Positions 11,508-23,171 are shown, counted from the whole stretch's first letter. The stretch: 61,199 nt of DNA, filler included, from Globobulimina sp. (GCA_003354225.1; 16 parts of 16 records of this genome joined end to end with filler, not necessarily neighbours in it); one strand, 5' to 3'. Notes: generated from the sequence alone by a model not told the origin. Translations and numbers: made by a program.

Positions 11508-13427
11508 AAATTTGTTTCTACAATGAAGGTATCCGGTGTTTTATGTTTATACAACGGTACCAACGATGAGATAACATTTTGGTGCATCACAAATGGTGCT
11601 GCTTTCCGTAAGCCATTCTTACAAAAGTCAACCTCACACAAAACCGGACCCGTTCCTATCCGTCGAAACCTATACGCATATTCGTTCCAATATTCTTGGA
11701 AATCCGCTTCTGTTCTGGTTGAATAATAAAACAATCCCAAACCAGAAACAAAATTATCATCCACAGTAGAATTGATATAATTCATTCCAGTATTTATATT
11801 CAACAATTTTGATAAAGCTCCTGTGGTTGAATTGAACCCAACAACGTATGGATTTGTTGCAATTTTGACGTTGAAAGTTTGCGAAACATTTTCTATTTTA
11901 GTCCATTCATCAAAATGTATCATATTCAATGGTGATTCAGGTTTGTTTATCACCGCAAACTCTTTGATAATGCTGTCGAAAAGCTCAATATCATCCATAT
12001 TTGATGATAATTGCAAGGCATTTAATGCATATTCAATACCCCAATCTCTTTGTTCATGCCAACTATAAATCACTTTATTGATTCCTTGATTTGTTGTATT
12101 GTCCATCATCGCTGCTTTCATTGACGGATTGCTCCACGTGTTATTGGTAAAACTCTCAGAACCTAAATTTTGTTCTGCTATTCCAAACTAAATGGTAGTA
12201 TATACCAAAAATATATTTTTTTGTCTCATGTTTAATATTATATGTAAATAAAATATAAAAAAACTTAAAACATAACTGTATGTTCACCATTTTTTAGCAA
12301 CAATCTGCTAAAATTATTAAACGCATAGCTGCTATTTTCATTGGAATGATGTTGCAAATATTGCGTTCTATGTCGCTGAGCAATTCTAAATTTAGTTAAC
12401 TTTAATGGATCTGATGGTGGCCCATATTGCCAGGTATCACCTATTTCTTTATCAATCACATTGAGAGAGTTAATAATCTGTGGATGCCGCATCAAACCAT
12501 CAATATAGTTATCAAAGGTACTGGGATGGACATATGCATTCGGAAACTCTTCTTGTATGCCAGCTAAACCTGGTAATAGCTCTGCATATAAGTCAAAGGG
12601 ACCGTCATTGTCTCCATTCCACGCAAACATAATTGCTTCGGAATAATTATCAATCATAACACTACAAAATTAATAATGACAATTTATAGAAACATATATC
12701 AAATATATTATACGTACACATCTTGCGGGAAAAATCCACCATAATTGCCAGCATGAATCATAGTAATAATTTCTTCATTTGATATAGGATCCAACCACCG
12801 GAATATATTTGGTGTATCCGGTGCAGCGGACCATTCGTTACAGCCGATGGAGATGGCGCGAATCCCATTTTTTTTGAGTACGGGAATGACGGATCTTGTC
12901 ATGGATGGTACGTCTCGCTGTGATAATACAGTTGGAATTTGAAACTGATTTGTTTGATTTGAAATAATTGCAGGAAGATATTTTGTTGATAGCCATACTC
13001 CATATTCCAGCATTGAAGCATCATACAGCTCCAATTGAGAGTTAAATGGAAAAGCATGCCATGTGATTTCTTGTCTGTTGAGTATTGAGTCGAGAAATAA
13101 GTCTTTTTCGTGTGTGGTTGGACAATGCAATCCGGAGTATGGCGGACATTCCAGATATAAAGAAACTAGCCATGACTGCGTGGTATAAACCCAAGAGATA
13201 TTCAAACCCAATGCATTTAGTTCCTCTCCGTATCTTCGTATTTTGGGGAAGTAATCATCAAAATATTTGTTCACCACATTGACCAAAAGATCGGTGTAAC
13301 CACAATCTAAATGATTACTTACCACAATATGCAATTCTTTGATTTCTAAACGATTTTGTTTTGCAGTGCATATCGGTGAATAAAATGCAGTTATTACCAA
13401 ACACAACCAACAAAGACAAGGAGACAT
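11508..13427 (-). CDS. Secreted DUF5054/GH38-like glycoside hydrolase, 3' partial; introns about 12664-12716 and 12188-12276
   Basis: Signal peptide; SNHLDCGYTD, WVYTTQSWL, ITWHAFPFN, SQRDVP, DNDGP, EIGDTWQYG..SDP.K, spliced EHTFG. Confidence 0.8.
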
Positions 13428-13463
13428 AACAAAAACTGAAAATCTTTTAATTTAATTTAATAT

Positions 13464-14768
13464 TTAGTATGTGGATGACAACCAAGCATGTGTAATTTTG
13501 TTAATTTCGTGCTCAGTGAAAGAAGTTGTATATGCATTCAATCTTAAAATGTCACCTTTAAATGCCACACTTTCATATCTATAATCTCTACCAATTAATA
13601 ACTTATTATAATTCCTCGTTATATCATCACCAATATTATTAGTACTCGCATCTAATTTTGCATCAATGTAAATTGATATTTTTCTATTAATTACGTCTCT
13701 CATAAATATAATACAATGCATTTCATCATCAATTAAATTAATATTTCCATATAAATTAATTTGGCCAGAATTCCAATATATTCTTGCTTTGCCATTCCTA
13801 TGTACTTCAAAGTTGCAACAATTGTGATTTGGATATGAGCCCAATATAACACCTATTCGTTGATTATTAGCACATCGTAAGTGGTGTTTGTGTGATATTT
13901 TAATCAGTGTTATCACTGAAAATGATTGTAACGATTGAATATTTTGCATATTGCTTCTATCACTTAATATAAACTCATATTCTTTTTGTTTCTGAATAAT
14001 ATAATTATTCTCATTCCAATAATTTGTAATTTGTAATATTTGATTGGAATTAAAAGCATTGGACCAAACATTTAATCGTAAAATATCTCCTTTGAATGAA
14101 AATTGTTCCAATCGATAATCTCGACCAAATTTAAACGGATTTTGATAAATCGATTTATTTGTTCCACATTTATTTATATTTGCTTCTAATTTGCCATCTA
14201 AATATATTGACATTGTTTTTTCGTTATTATAATCTCGGACAAATGCTAAAATATGTTTTTTGCCATCCACTAAATTATTATTTCCGAGTAAATCGATTTC
14301 ACCGTTGTTCCACCAAAAACGACTTTTTCCATTGGCATGAATTTCAATGTTTATATTTGGTTCAAAATTATAGCAACCCATTATAACTCCGATTCGATCA
14401 TTACCCAAATATGATGGAATTTGTATCATTGTCATTATTGTTAAATCTTCAATGAAATAATTGTTTGTCTTTAAATGATTACATATCTGTGACCATTCAG
14501 AAGTTATTGTAAATTGAGCTATTTCTAAAGCAATTTCATAAGGAATACGTATAATTGATTCTAAATATCTACATAGAAATAACTGCTTTCTTTTATATCT
14601 GTCTAATGTAACAATATTGTTATTACTAATAGCTTTTGTTAGATCCAATCTAGTAATATCACATGATGGATTCGATAAAATGTAATCAATTAAATTGAAT
14701 ACTGTATCTTCATATGAATTTTGCAACAATCGCGCTAAACAACCTGCTAATTTGAGAGGGTCAGACAT
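13464..14768 (-). CDS. Protein with two tandem LamG/concanavalin-A-like repeats
   Basis: Internal duplication RIGVI.G.Y...EIH.NGK.R..WN.G.I.L.GN.NL.D...H...F.RD...SIY.D.KL.A...GRDYR...FKGDILRLN. Confidence 0.8.
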   Translation of the reverse strand: MSDPLKLAGCLARLLQNSYEDTVFNLIDYILSNPSCDITRLDLTKAISNNNIVTLDRYKRKQLFLCRYLESIIRIPYEIALEIAQFTITSEWSQICNHLKTNNYFIEDLTIMTMIQIPSYLGNDRIGVIMGCYNFEPNINIEIHANGKSRFWWNNGEIDLLGNNNLVDGKKHILAFVRDYNNEKTMSIYLDGKLEANINKCGTNKSIYQNPFKFGRDYRLEQFSFKGDILRLNVWSNAFNSNQILQITNYWNENNYIIQKQKEYEFILSDRSNMQNIQSLQSFSVITLIKISHKHHLRCANNQRIGVILGSYPNHNCCNFEVHRNGKARIYWNSGQINLYGNINLIDDEMHCIIFMRDVINRKISIYIDAKLDASTNNIGDDITRNYNKLLIGRDYRYESVAFKGDILRLNAYTTSFTEHEINKITHAWLSSTY

Positions 14769-14802
14769 GGCTGGAATTGTTTTTCTATTAAAAAAAAAAC
14801 AC

Positions 14803-15179
14803 CACTAGCTACCTGTGCCATTAATCACCACACCACGAAGAGTAAATAAATTAGCACACTCCAATCTATTTATAAACACACAAAAATATCTGAAAAATAG
14901 TGAGAGTATATTGTGGAAAGTACGATCCCATACCAAACCCAAACAACAGCCATTCAATAACGTTGCGGACAAACTTGCTGAGATCGGTCGATGTGCCCGA
15001 ATAATTCGAATTATCTGACTGCAAATTATAACTCCACCCAATATGCCAAATATCGCTCCTTCCATTTTAAAGATGGTGTCTCTTTTGATGCCATCAATAT
15101 CCTCGCCGGGATGTTCAAGCAATCGGTGAGTATGGAGCCAGACTTACTCCCTGGCTGAATGTGCCCCTACTACTACTAC
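14803..15179 (+). mobile_element. 5'-truncated retroelement: RNase H C-terminal fragment, short C-terminal peptide and (TAC)4 tail (copy C)
   Basis: WKVRSHT...FNNVADKLAEIG is the RNase H H...N..AD.LA motif. After a frameshift it reads FHFKDGVSFDAINILAGMFKQSVSMEPDLLPG*, then ATGTGCCCC(TAC)4. Confidence 0.75.
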
Positions 15180-15340
15180 CTGACAGTTTCGATGAGCAAA
15201 GCACACAAAAAAAGGGAAGCAAGGATGAATAATATAAAAANNNNNNNNNNNNNNNNNNNNNNNNNNNNNNNNNNNNNNNNNNNNTTAATTAATTAANNNN
15301 NNNNNNNNNNNNNNNNNNNNNNNNNNNNNNNNNNNNNNNN

Positions 15341-15614
15341 AGGAGTCAGGAATTTCCCCATTTTTGGAAAATTGATTGATTGCTGAATAGGCAACCTGGA
15401 CGATTGCTCCGCACAGGGTAGCCTTCGCCATATCAAGTCCCATGGCAGTGATGTTTCTTCCCATAAACTTGATGACCTCCTTGCGTGCCTGGGCGCAACC
15501 GTTCTTCTTAAAATATTCTTTGCGGGGTGGATTCAAGTCATTGTAGTGCTCAAGAGCAGCGAACATGTGTTTGACAGCAGGTTCGGTTTCCTTCAAGAAC
15601 TTTTTTATAGACAT
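15341..15614 (-). CDS. Bacterial hypothetical protein, 3' partial
   Basis: AGGAG Shine-Dalgarno-like site upstream of the ATG; higher GC; no introns. Confidence 0.6.
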
Positions 15615-15728
15615 ATGTTCTTTATTCTCCTTCCCATAAACCTTTACCCGGGTATTTTGTGACAGCTGAAATGCATAGAATATGCGTTTTGAAAATATGC
15701 AAAATTATATACTCGCTAACTCGGGTTA

Positions 15729-16307
15729 TTGCATCAAAAAAGGTGCAACTTTTTTGATGTTTATAAGTCAAAAGGCAAAATCCCCCGGGTATTTTTTGAA
15801 AATGCCGGTGTGCCCAGGGACCTGATTGATTTTATTGATTCGCATATTGAGCAGGCTGAGGAGCTTTTTTCCTGTTTTGTCAGCTATGCAGGCAAGGATG
15901 AAACATTTGCCAATAAACTTTTCGAGAATTTATTGGAACTGGGTATGCGCTGCTGGTTGATCTCGGAGCGGGTGCGTAAAAAAGAGAGATATTATCCGTT
16001 GATTGATGCAGCACTTAATCTCCATGAAAAAGAACTTCTTGTCATGTTGGAGAATTCCCTTGAGAGTGACTGGCTTGAGGGTGAGATTTATACTGCCCTT
16101 GAAAAAGAAGAACAAACAGGGGAGGTGATCCTTTTGCCTATCATACTTGATGATTCGGTAAAGTATTCTGAAAAGCCTTGGGTAGCCAAGGTGCGTAGAT
16201 CAAGGCAGGTGTATGACTTCTCCCTGTGGCAGGATGAAGAAACCTTTAAGGAAATGTTAGACGCACTGACTGAAGAATTGAAATATAGGGGGGACATTGA
16301 ACAGTAA
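15729..16307 (+). CDS. Bacterial TIR-domain (TIR_2) protein; start uncertain
   Basis: YKSKGKIP..F...GVP...FSCFVSY..KD..FA.KL...L...G.RCW...SDWLEGEI..ALE...LLPI.LD...DFS.W, typical of the C-terminal TIR of pentapeptide-repeat-TIR proteins. Confidence 0.85.
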   Translation: MHQKRCNFFDVYKSKGKIPRVFFENAGVPRDLIDFIDSHIEQAEELFSCFVSYAGKDETFANKLFENLLELGMRCWLISERVRKKERYYPLIDAALNLHEKELLVMLENSLESDWLEGEIYTALEKEEQTGEVILLPIILDDSVKYSEKPWVAKVRRSRQVYDFSLWQDEETFKEMLDALTEELKYRGDIEQ

Positions 16308-16365
16308 ACTTAAAAGCCATAATGAAAAATAGTTTTAAGTTAATGAATTTCAGGGAGAGATAGCT

Positions 16366-16602
16366 TTACGAGTTTTTGTTGGGGAAACGTTTCAGGCCGT
16401 ACTCCATCCTGCCGTTTTTATTGATTTTGGCCCAGACCAGTTGGGCATCATATTCCACCATCTCGCCATCGGCTCTAACCTGTATACGGACCTCTTGAGG
16501 CGCACTTGTTTCAAAGCGGATGCCACTCTCTGAAATGTCGATCATGCTCGCCAGGTATATATCATCCTCTATAAAAACAGTAACATTTGAATTTACAGAT
16601 TG
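16366..16602 (-). CDS. Bacterial PilZ-domain protein, 5'-truncated at the junction with eukaryotic DNA
   Basis: IDISESGIRF (DxSxxG motif), AQLVW, EYGL; the N-terminal RxxxR is missing. Confidence 0.75.
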   Translation of the reverse strand, partial: QSVNSNVTVFIEDDIYLASMIDISESGIRFETSAPQEVRIQVRADGEMVEYDAQLVWAKINKNGRMEYGLKRFPNKNS

Positions 16603-16852
16603 TATCAAAAGAAATAGATTTAAATCGTTTCAAAGATTGAATATTGCGGCGGGAGATCAAGTTGGAATGTTAACGTTGGATATGCAAAATCAAAGAACAA
16701 AGTCTCTGGCTGCTGTGACTTTGGATGATAGGGAAAGTAGCACTGGCATTAAAATGCGTGCACGTGCTAAGTCAGTGAGTCTTGTCCGCTCATCTGACGC
16801 ATCAAAAAAAAGAAATTCTGCATCTTCAATTACCACTGTTATCACTGTTTGA
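16603..16852 (+). CDS. 3' end of a eukaryotic-type gene (Ser/Arg-rich tail), 5'-truncated
   Basis: Open frame to TGA followed by AT-rich 3' sequence; no recognisable domain. Confidence 0.35.
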
Positions 16853-16946
16853 ACTTGAAATAAATGTATTTTTTGAATACGTAAAAAAATCTATAGCTCT
16901 AAAATATTTATAAAAACAGGATTAATATTTATCAGAAGTAGTAAAC

Positions 16947-19073
16947 TCATGAATTTCCGTCATATAAATCAATTTTTTGTTTGCCGTCCTGAGTAAATAG
17001 AGCAGGAGATGCAGTTTGATCATTTTCTTGAGTTTGACCAGAAATTAAATCTTTTTTGCTAAATATATCATTGAATGACGATCCAATATTGCTTCGCATT
17101 TTTATTTCTTCCCGTTTATCCAATATCAATTTACACGGTATTACAAATAGAAAATATATGATAAAAATTGCGAAACAACAAGTCGTAATACACAAATGTA
17201 AGAAATTGGAGTGTATTTTATCGATTGTTTCTCGAAATCCTAATATGAGGCAAACAATAATGATCGCAAAGATATTGCGCCAAAAATGTACAATTAAACC
17301 AAATAAAGATACTGGACACTTCACGAAGGAATAATATAATAATGACATTAATGGTGGTACAAAAAAGCCAAATCCAAAGATATATAAAAATACACAAATA
17401 TATATCCATTCGAGTGTTATTTGGTTAGTGTTAGTATCGTAGATCCAGTCATTGGTCAAAAATATATTGATATTTATATCAAATTTGTGTTTTAAAATCG
17501 GCACAAATGAAATGAATGAAAATATACCAAATAAGCAGCAAATTATGCTGGCTAATATCCACTGCGATTTTTGTGCATTATTTGAATCATTTCTTTTGAA
17601 AAAACAAAAACATTTTAAAAAACACTTACAATTCAAATGATTGCAATACCCAGAAATTGCTGATGCTAAAATTAAGCACAAAACCATTCCGCCGATATAT
17701 AATCCCGTATTAATTTCACTTTTCTCACTATCTGCCATTATAAACGATATTTCACACAAAATTAATAATATTCCAATATATCCGCAACTAAATAATATTA
17801 ACAATAATAAAGGCAACGGCTTCTTACATAGAAAATACACCGAAAATATATGAAATCTTTGAATAAATGTCTTGTCCACATTTAAAGGGTCGATATCATT
17901 GATTTTATTTAATTTTGCATTCAATGGATTTGTTAACACGCTCAAAGCAGTTAAAGTTGTATGATCAGACAAACTCAACGTAGACACGTCAATACTTTCC
18001 TTATTATAATTAAAATAATTCTCTTTTTTAACAATTTGAGATGCGTTTGTATTATGCTGTGGTTGTAAATGAATAAATGGTGCTTTCCCGCTAACATTGG
18101 ACTCATTTGAATTATGCAGTTGATTTTGAAAGGCAGATTCCACCGATTTCACTGATTTGGGCGACCTGATCAATATTTTGTTCTTATTCATCTCCAACGG
18201 ATTGTCCTCATTACCAAAGTACGGCCGTTCTTTGCTTGTATTTGAGGACAAAACTGAATGTTTGATGGTGCCGGTCATGCCCAATAATGCACGGCTACTA
18301 AGCCCTAATAAAGCATTATTTGAGTGTGAGATTTCCCTTTGGAATATATTTACATTTGAAAATAATGGACATATAATAATGCCGGTTAATAAAGCACAAA
18401 TTGCTAGAAAATAGAAGATATTTTGCCATCGTGTATAATGTGTAATTAATGCGCCAACTTAGAAACAAAAACATTATTAATTGATTGCGTTTAAGCAACG
18501 CAATTTGAACATACTTGGAGCAGCGGATGAGATGCCAACAATTGCCCGAATTGAGGCCAATAAAGATCATAAAAACTTGGTTCGAACTACATTTAAATTG
18601 TACATGTTATTATTTCTATGTTTGTGCATATTGTTTGTTTCTGAGGTGGTTAAACAGGAAGAATATGCGTGATGGTCTGTGGCGCCATACGGCGTTGCTT
18701 CGCGATTCTTTTTAATATTCCTCGTTGTGGTTGTATAGGAATACTTGCCTTTGGTCAAATTATTTAAAGCATTGGTTAAATATAATTTAATTGACGGATA
18801 GAAGGCGCTGCTGAGCTCGTTTTGTATAATGACCGCGAAGCCGGCACCTAAGCCCTGGAATGTTCTGGATACGATAAATATTTCTATGGAGCGTGACAAT
18901 GCGCACATTATCGATGCTGAGCAATAGAGGATGAGTCCAATGGTTATGATGTAGCCGTATTGTAAATTAAAGCAGTCGTTGACCAGTGAGGTAAACATAA
19001 TTTGCGAAAAGGAATGAAATAAAGTGAATAAAATTAATGATAATTGAATCATAAATGGATCACAATCTAAATT
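16947..19073 (-). CDS. MFS transporter-like gene, 5' partial, intron about 18459-18514, in-frame TGA at 18567-18569 (possible pseudogene)
   Basis: SRTFQGLGAG (MFS motif B region), spliced API-GALITHYTRWQNIFYF, many TM helices. Confidence 0.7.
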
Positions 19074-19464
19074 NNNNNNNNNNNNNNNNNNNNNNNNNNN
19101 NNNNNNNNNNNNNNNNNTTAATTAATTAANNNNNNNNNNNNNNNNNNNNNNNNNNNNNNNNNNNNNNNNNNNNAAAGTGCAATTCCATTTGACATAACTC
19201 CTTTTTAATTATTATAAAATGTCAATCTTTGCTTTTGTTTTCATTATAGTTTACCAACTCAAATTTACACCAACTTTTTTTTACGAGTACCTGAATATAT
19301 CAAGATCTGTTTTATAATGTGGACGGATCACTAGCTAGCAAAGCCAACGATGCCAGACTGAAAAATGGAAACAGCAACAGATGCAATGGTACTGCCCATG
19401 AGTTTTATTCGTGTATACGTATATGTGACGTAATATTGATAATATTGAAACCACACCAATTAAC

Positions 19465-20379
19465 ATGTTACCTAATTTAGCTTTAGGTGCACAAGTAACA
19501 AAATACAACAGAAACTACAAACCGATTAGTGAGTTGTGTGTAAATGACAATGGTAACGTTGCTATCCAAGGCGTTATATCAGACGTTAGAAATGGTGCGT
19601 TCACTTTCAGTTTTGTTATTACTGATCCATACTTTCATTCGATTTATGTAGAAATGTCAAAAAACGATTACGACGAAATATTTCCTTGGTATTTATCTGA
19701 CGATCTTATTATTGATATAATTAATCCAAAAATTATGAAAGCTGAGAAATGGATTAAAAGTACGGTTCCGAATGCTGTTCATCCATATAAATTGCATATT
19801 ACTTTAAATACATTAGTGTGTTTAAAACGTGATTTGCATAAAAACGTAAATATTCGAAACCGTAATTTTTTATGCATCGATAGAATATTCGAAATCGTAA
19901 AATATTCGATACCGTTGAGTCACAATTTATGGGATTATTATTCACCACCATTTACACCATTCTATACGAACCCTATATCGCGTATTCGTCAATTTCGAGA
20001 TTTCAAAATGATTGGTTCGCGCGGACTCAAGAAATGGAATTCCAGGGATAGATTAAAATTTCAACGTAGACGGAAAATGCGGAAATTGTATCAAAATATT
20101 AACGAAACAAAATTAGTAAAAACAATCGATGTTCCGAATGAATTAATTAATTTGATTTGCGAATTTACAATTATCGATTGCACTTATTCAACCGGTGGAT
20201 TGTTTCCTTATAATCACCATTATGAAAAAAGGAAAAGATATTGGCAGACTACGTTACATAATTGGCCCGTTAGAAATCAAGAATTGATTCCAACAAAAAA
20301 TAAAATCCATATTAGGAAAATCTATCCCAAAGACAAAGACTTCAGTGATTTTTGTTTCAATGGACAAAGACTTTCCTAA
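19465..20379 (+). CDS. Hypothetical protein, possible N-terminal OB-fold
   Basis: 304-aa ORF; VAIQGVISDV...FSFVITD...SIYVEM beta-strand pattern. Confidence 0.55.
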   Translation: MLPNLALGAQVTKYNRNYKPISELCVNDNGNVAIQGVISDVRNGAFTFSFVITDPYFHSIYVEMSKNDYDEIFPWYLSDDLIIDIINPKIMKAEKWIKSTVPNAVHPYKLHITLNTLVCLKRDLHKNVNIRNRNFLCIDRIFEIVKYSIPLSHNLWDYYSPPFTPFYTNPISRIRQFRDFKMIGSRGLKKWNSRDRLKFQRRRKMRKLYQNINETKLVKTIDVPNELINLICEFTIIDCTYSTGGLFPYNHHYEKRKRYWQTTLHNWPVRNQELIPTKNKIHIRKIYPKDKDFSDFCFNGQRLS

Positions 20380-20525
20380 TTTATTGTTTCAGTGATATTT
20401 AATTCGTTTCTATATTTACTCAAATTACACCTACCCAACATTCACTAACTCTTTTTACAAGTAATTGAATAGTTTTTACGAGAGGCTGAATAAAAGTGTA
20501 CATATTAAAAAAAAAAGGTATTAAA

Positions 20526-21998
20526 TTACATTAATTTCAGCTTTTTTGAGTTTGAACAAACATTGCTTCTCAACGGCCTTTTTGTTGCCTTCTTCTTAGA
20601 CATTGGCTTAACACCACTTCCCTTTGGATTGGCTCTTCGTCTGTTTCTCTCTGTCACCCGCCAATGTTCATTACGTAACACGTGTTTCGGTCGTCTGGCA
20701 TTAATCTCGGCCAATCTTGATGATCTTCTTGATCCTGTTCCATCCGTATGGCTACCCGATCTTGCCGGAGTTACTGTCACCACCTGATGAGTTGCTGTCG
20801 ACTGACGATTTGCTACACTTGCCAGACTCCCGGTATTTGACAGACCATGCATCCTTTTATGATTTTGTGTATGTTTGCATCTCGCCTGAACGACCTTAGC
20901 ATCGTCGCTAAAAATAATGTCGGATGTTACGTGATACCAATGTACGCTGTTTTGTGCCAACTCATCAATAACTATATCCGTTACTTCTGATATCGATGTA
21001 GTTATCGCCAACGAAGCAGCAGCGGATAAGGCATCCAATTCACTCTTATTACGACGATACCAGCCTTTCATACCTTTTTTCTTTTTTTTTGTTTTTTTCA
21101 TTGTTTTTCTGTGTTTATCAATAACCTTTTTAACGCCGGCACCGAATTTTTTTAATGCTGGAACATTGACAGCATATGCATACGCGATAAATGGCTGCAA
21201 TGCCAAAGACATAACTGAGCATCCATTCAACCACACTTCTCTACCTTCGCCATCAATAACTTTCAGGGTTGGATTCAAATCAAATAGCTCGGTTGAAGTA
21301 TCGTCGCCTTTTTCATCCTCGTTATCGACACATCTGTCCGTAAGATCTAATTTCGAGCCGTCCCACACCATCGATGAATGCCAAACTGAATTTCGGGCAT
21401 TAAATTTTCCATTTTTATGCAACTCAGAGAAATTCGTACGAAATAATTGTCCTTTGGAACTTGATGGTTGATTACAATCAGCTATTTGCCACCAAATAAA
21501 TCCGGAATCTGGAAAATATGTCCCTACGGGATTTCGCATATGCCAATTCCTATTTGAATTCAATGACGAAATATTGTCGTTCTCAGGGACGATCTTGACT
21601 AATGATTGGAACATTAACACCAGCGGCTCTTTTCCCGTATACGCTTTACAAGCAGCCACAGCTTTTTTTTTAAATTGCTCATTGGTCATATAATCAACAT
21701 CATCGTCCCATAAGGCCTTCGCTTTTTGTATTTGCGTGTCATGTTTTACAATAAATTGCGGGAAATATTGGTAATTGAAATCGTTATGGGTCAATCCAGC
21801 GATTATCGCAATATCCTCCTGGACTTGCGGTATTAATGCGGAGACGGTTGCATTTCCCTTCGAAGCATCGAAATAATGCTGAAGCATGGCAATAATAAGA
21901 GCCATAAAATGAAATTTTAATGCGTGCACGCTGATTGATTGTAATACATACATCGGCAATTTTCCAATTCTTTTTGCTGCTGCCACAGTTGCTTGCAT
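20526..21998 (-). CDS. Hypothetical protein with basic C-terminal tail
   Basis: 490-aa ORF; no recognised domain. Confidence 0.6.
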   Translation of the reverse strand: MQATVAAAKRIGKLPMYVLQSISVHALKFHFMALIIAMLQHYFDASKGNATVSALIPQVQEDIAIIAGLTHNDFNYQYFPQFIVKHDTQIQKAKALWDDDVDYMTNEQFKKKAVAACKAYTGKEPLVLMFQSLVKIVPENDNISSLNSNRNWHMRNPVGTYFPDSGFIWWQIADCNQPSSSKGQLFRTNFSELHKNGKFNARNSVWHSSMVWDGSKLDLTDRCVDNEDEKGDDTSTELFDLNPTLKVIDGEGREVWLNGCSVMSLALQPFIAYAYAVNVPALKKFGAGVKKVIDKHRKTMKKTKKKKKGMKGWYRRNKSELDALSAAASLAITTSISEVTDIVIDELAQNSVHWYHVTSDIIFSDDAKVVQARCKHTQNHKRMHGLSNTGSLASVANRQSTATHQVVTVTPARSGSHTDGTGSRRSSRLAEINARRPKHVLRNEHWRVTERNRRRANPKGSGVKPMSKKKATKRPLRSNVCSNSKKLKLM

Positions 21999-22131
21999 GG
22001 TGATCTAACATTAGACATTGTATGACATGGCATAGATCCGAAGATCTGAGGATGCAAACAGATGTCGGCCATACCGTATTGTCCAAGCAAGACTAAAATA
22101 AAGTTTTTCGAACATTTAAATAACATGTTCA

Positions 22132-22906
22132 ATGTCGCATCCCTGTAATTTCGAACTCTGGACATATTGGGGAACCTTATCACGAGACAACAGAAAATAT
22201 CTATGGGACACTCATTTAAACCTGAAAATCAGGAATCACCGCGGTTATCTGCGAAAATATGTAGACAATCCTGGAAAATACCAGACTAAATTTAGCCGAT
22301 TAAAACAAGCGACACCAAACGATCCAAAATATTCTTCATTAAAACGGTCAGTCCAGTCCATTATAGGATTGTTACCAAAGATTTTCGTTGAAAATTTTAA
22401 ATATTATGAACCAGAGAGAAGACGCAATGCAGTAGCAGTAATGCGACATGATATGATAAATCATTACCAACCATCAATACCAACACCAACCATCAATATC
22501 AATAACAATCATAACAACACTCCGTCAAGCAATAACAATTTGAGTGCTGAGTTGGATGCTTCATATATTGGTATGGAACAACAACCGAATAACGATGACA
22601 GTGCTCATGAGTCAACAGTATCGCAATGCGTGAATTCCAACAATCCGATCAATAATAATTCGATATTAACAGTTGACAATACTCAAATAAATATGCATGT
22701 AGAGTATGATGCGAATATCGCATTGGAGTATGATGAAAATATTGGTTCTAATAAGGAAGAGATGGAAATATCAGATGAAAATAACAATGACAATAACCAT
22801 GAGTTGACAGTGTCAGAATTCATGGAAAGACATACGCCCTTCAACCGATCAAGGCAAATCATTTTGATACATCAAGCATCGAAAGATAAAATATTATTAT
22901 CCTCGC
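22132..22906 (+). CDS. Hypothetical Asn-rich protein, 3' partial
   Basis: ORF open to the contig end. Confidence 0.55.
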
Positions 22907-23171
22907 NNNNNNNNNNNNNNNNNNNNNNNNNNNNNNNNNNNNNNNNNNNNTTAATTAATTAANNNNNNNNNNNNNNNNNNNNNNNNNNNNNNNNNNNNNN
23001 NNNNNNATTAAATAAATTAAGGTGCTAAAATTATTAAATTAAAAGAAGAAATAGCAAATCGATATACATTAAATAAATAATAGATGCCAATTACGGACAT
23101 CCAGTCCCGTGTTTGATCGAGTAAATAGATACATTGTTAGGATAAGTAAATAAGTGTGAGATGCAATGGGA

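Noticed and set aside
15729-16307. TIR gene as part of a Thoeris-like anti-phage system
   Set aside because: No effector partner in the 1.26-kb bacterial piece; its neighbours are a hypothetical and a PilZ gene on the opposite strand
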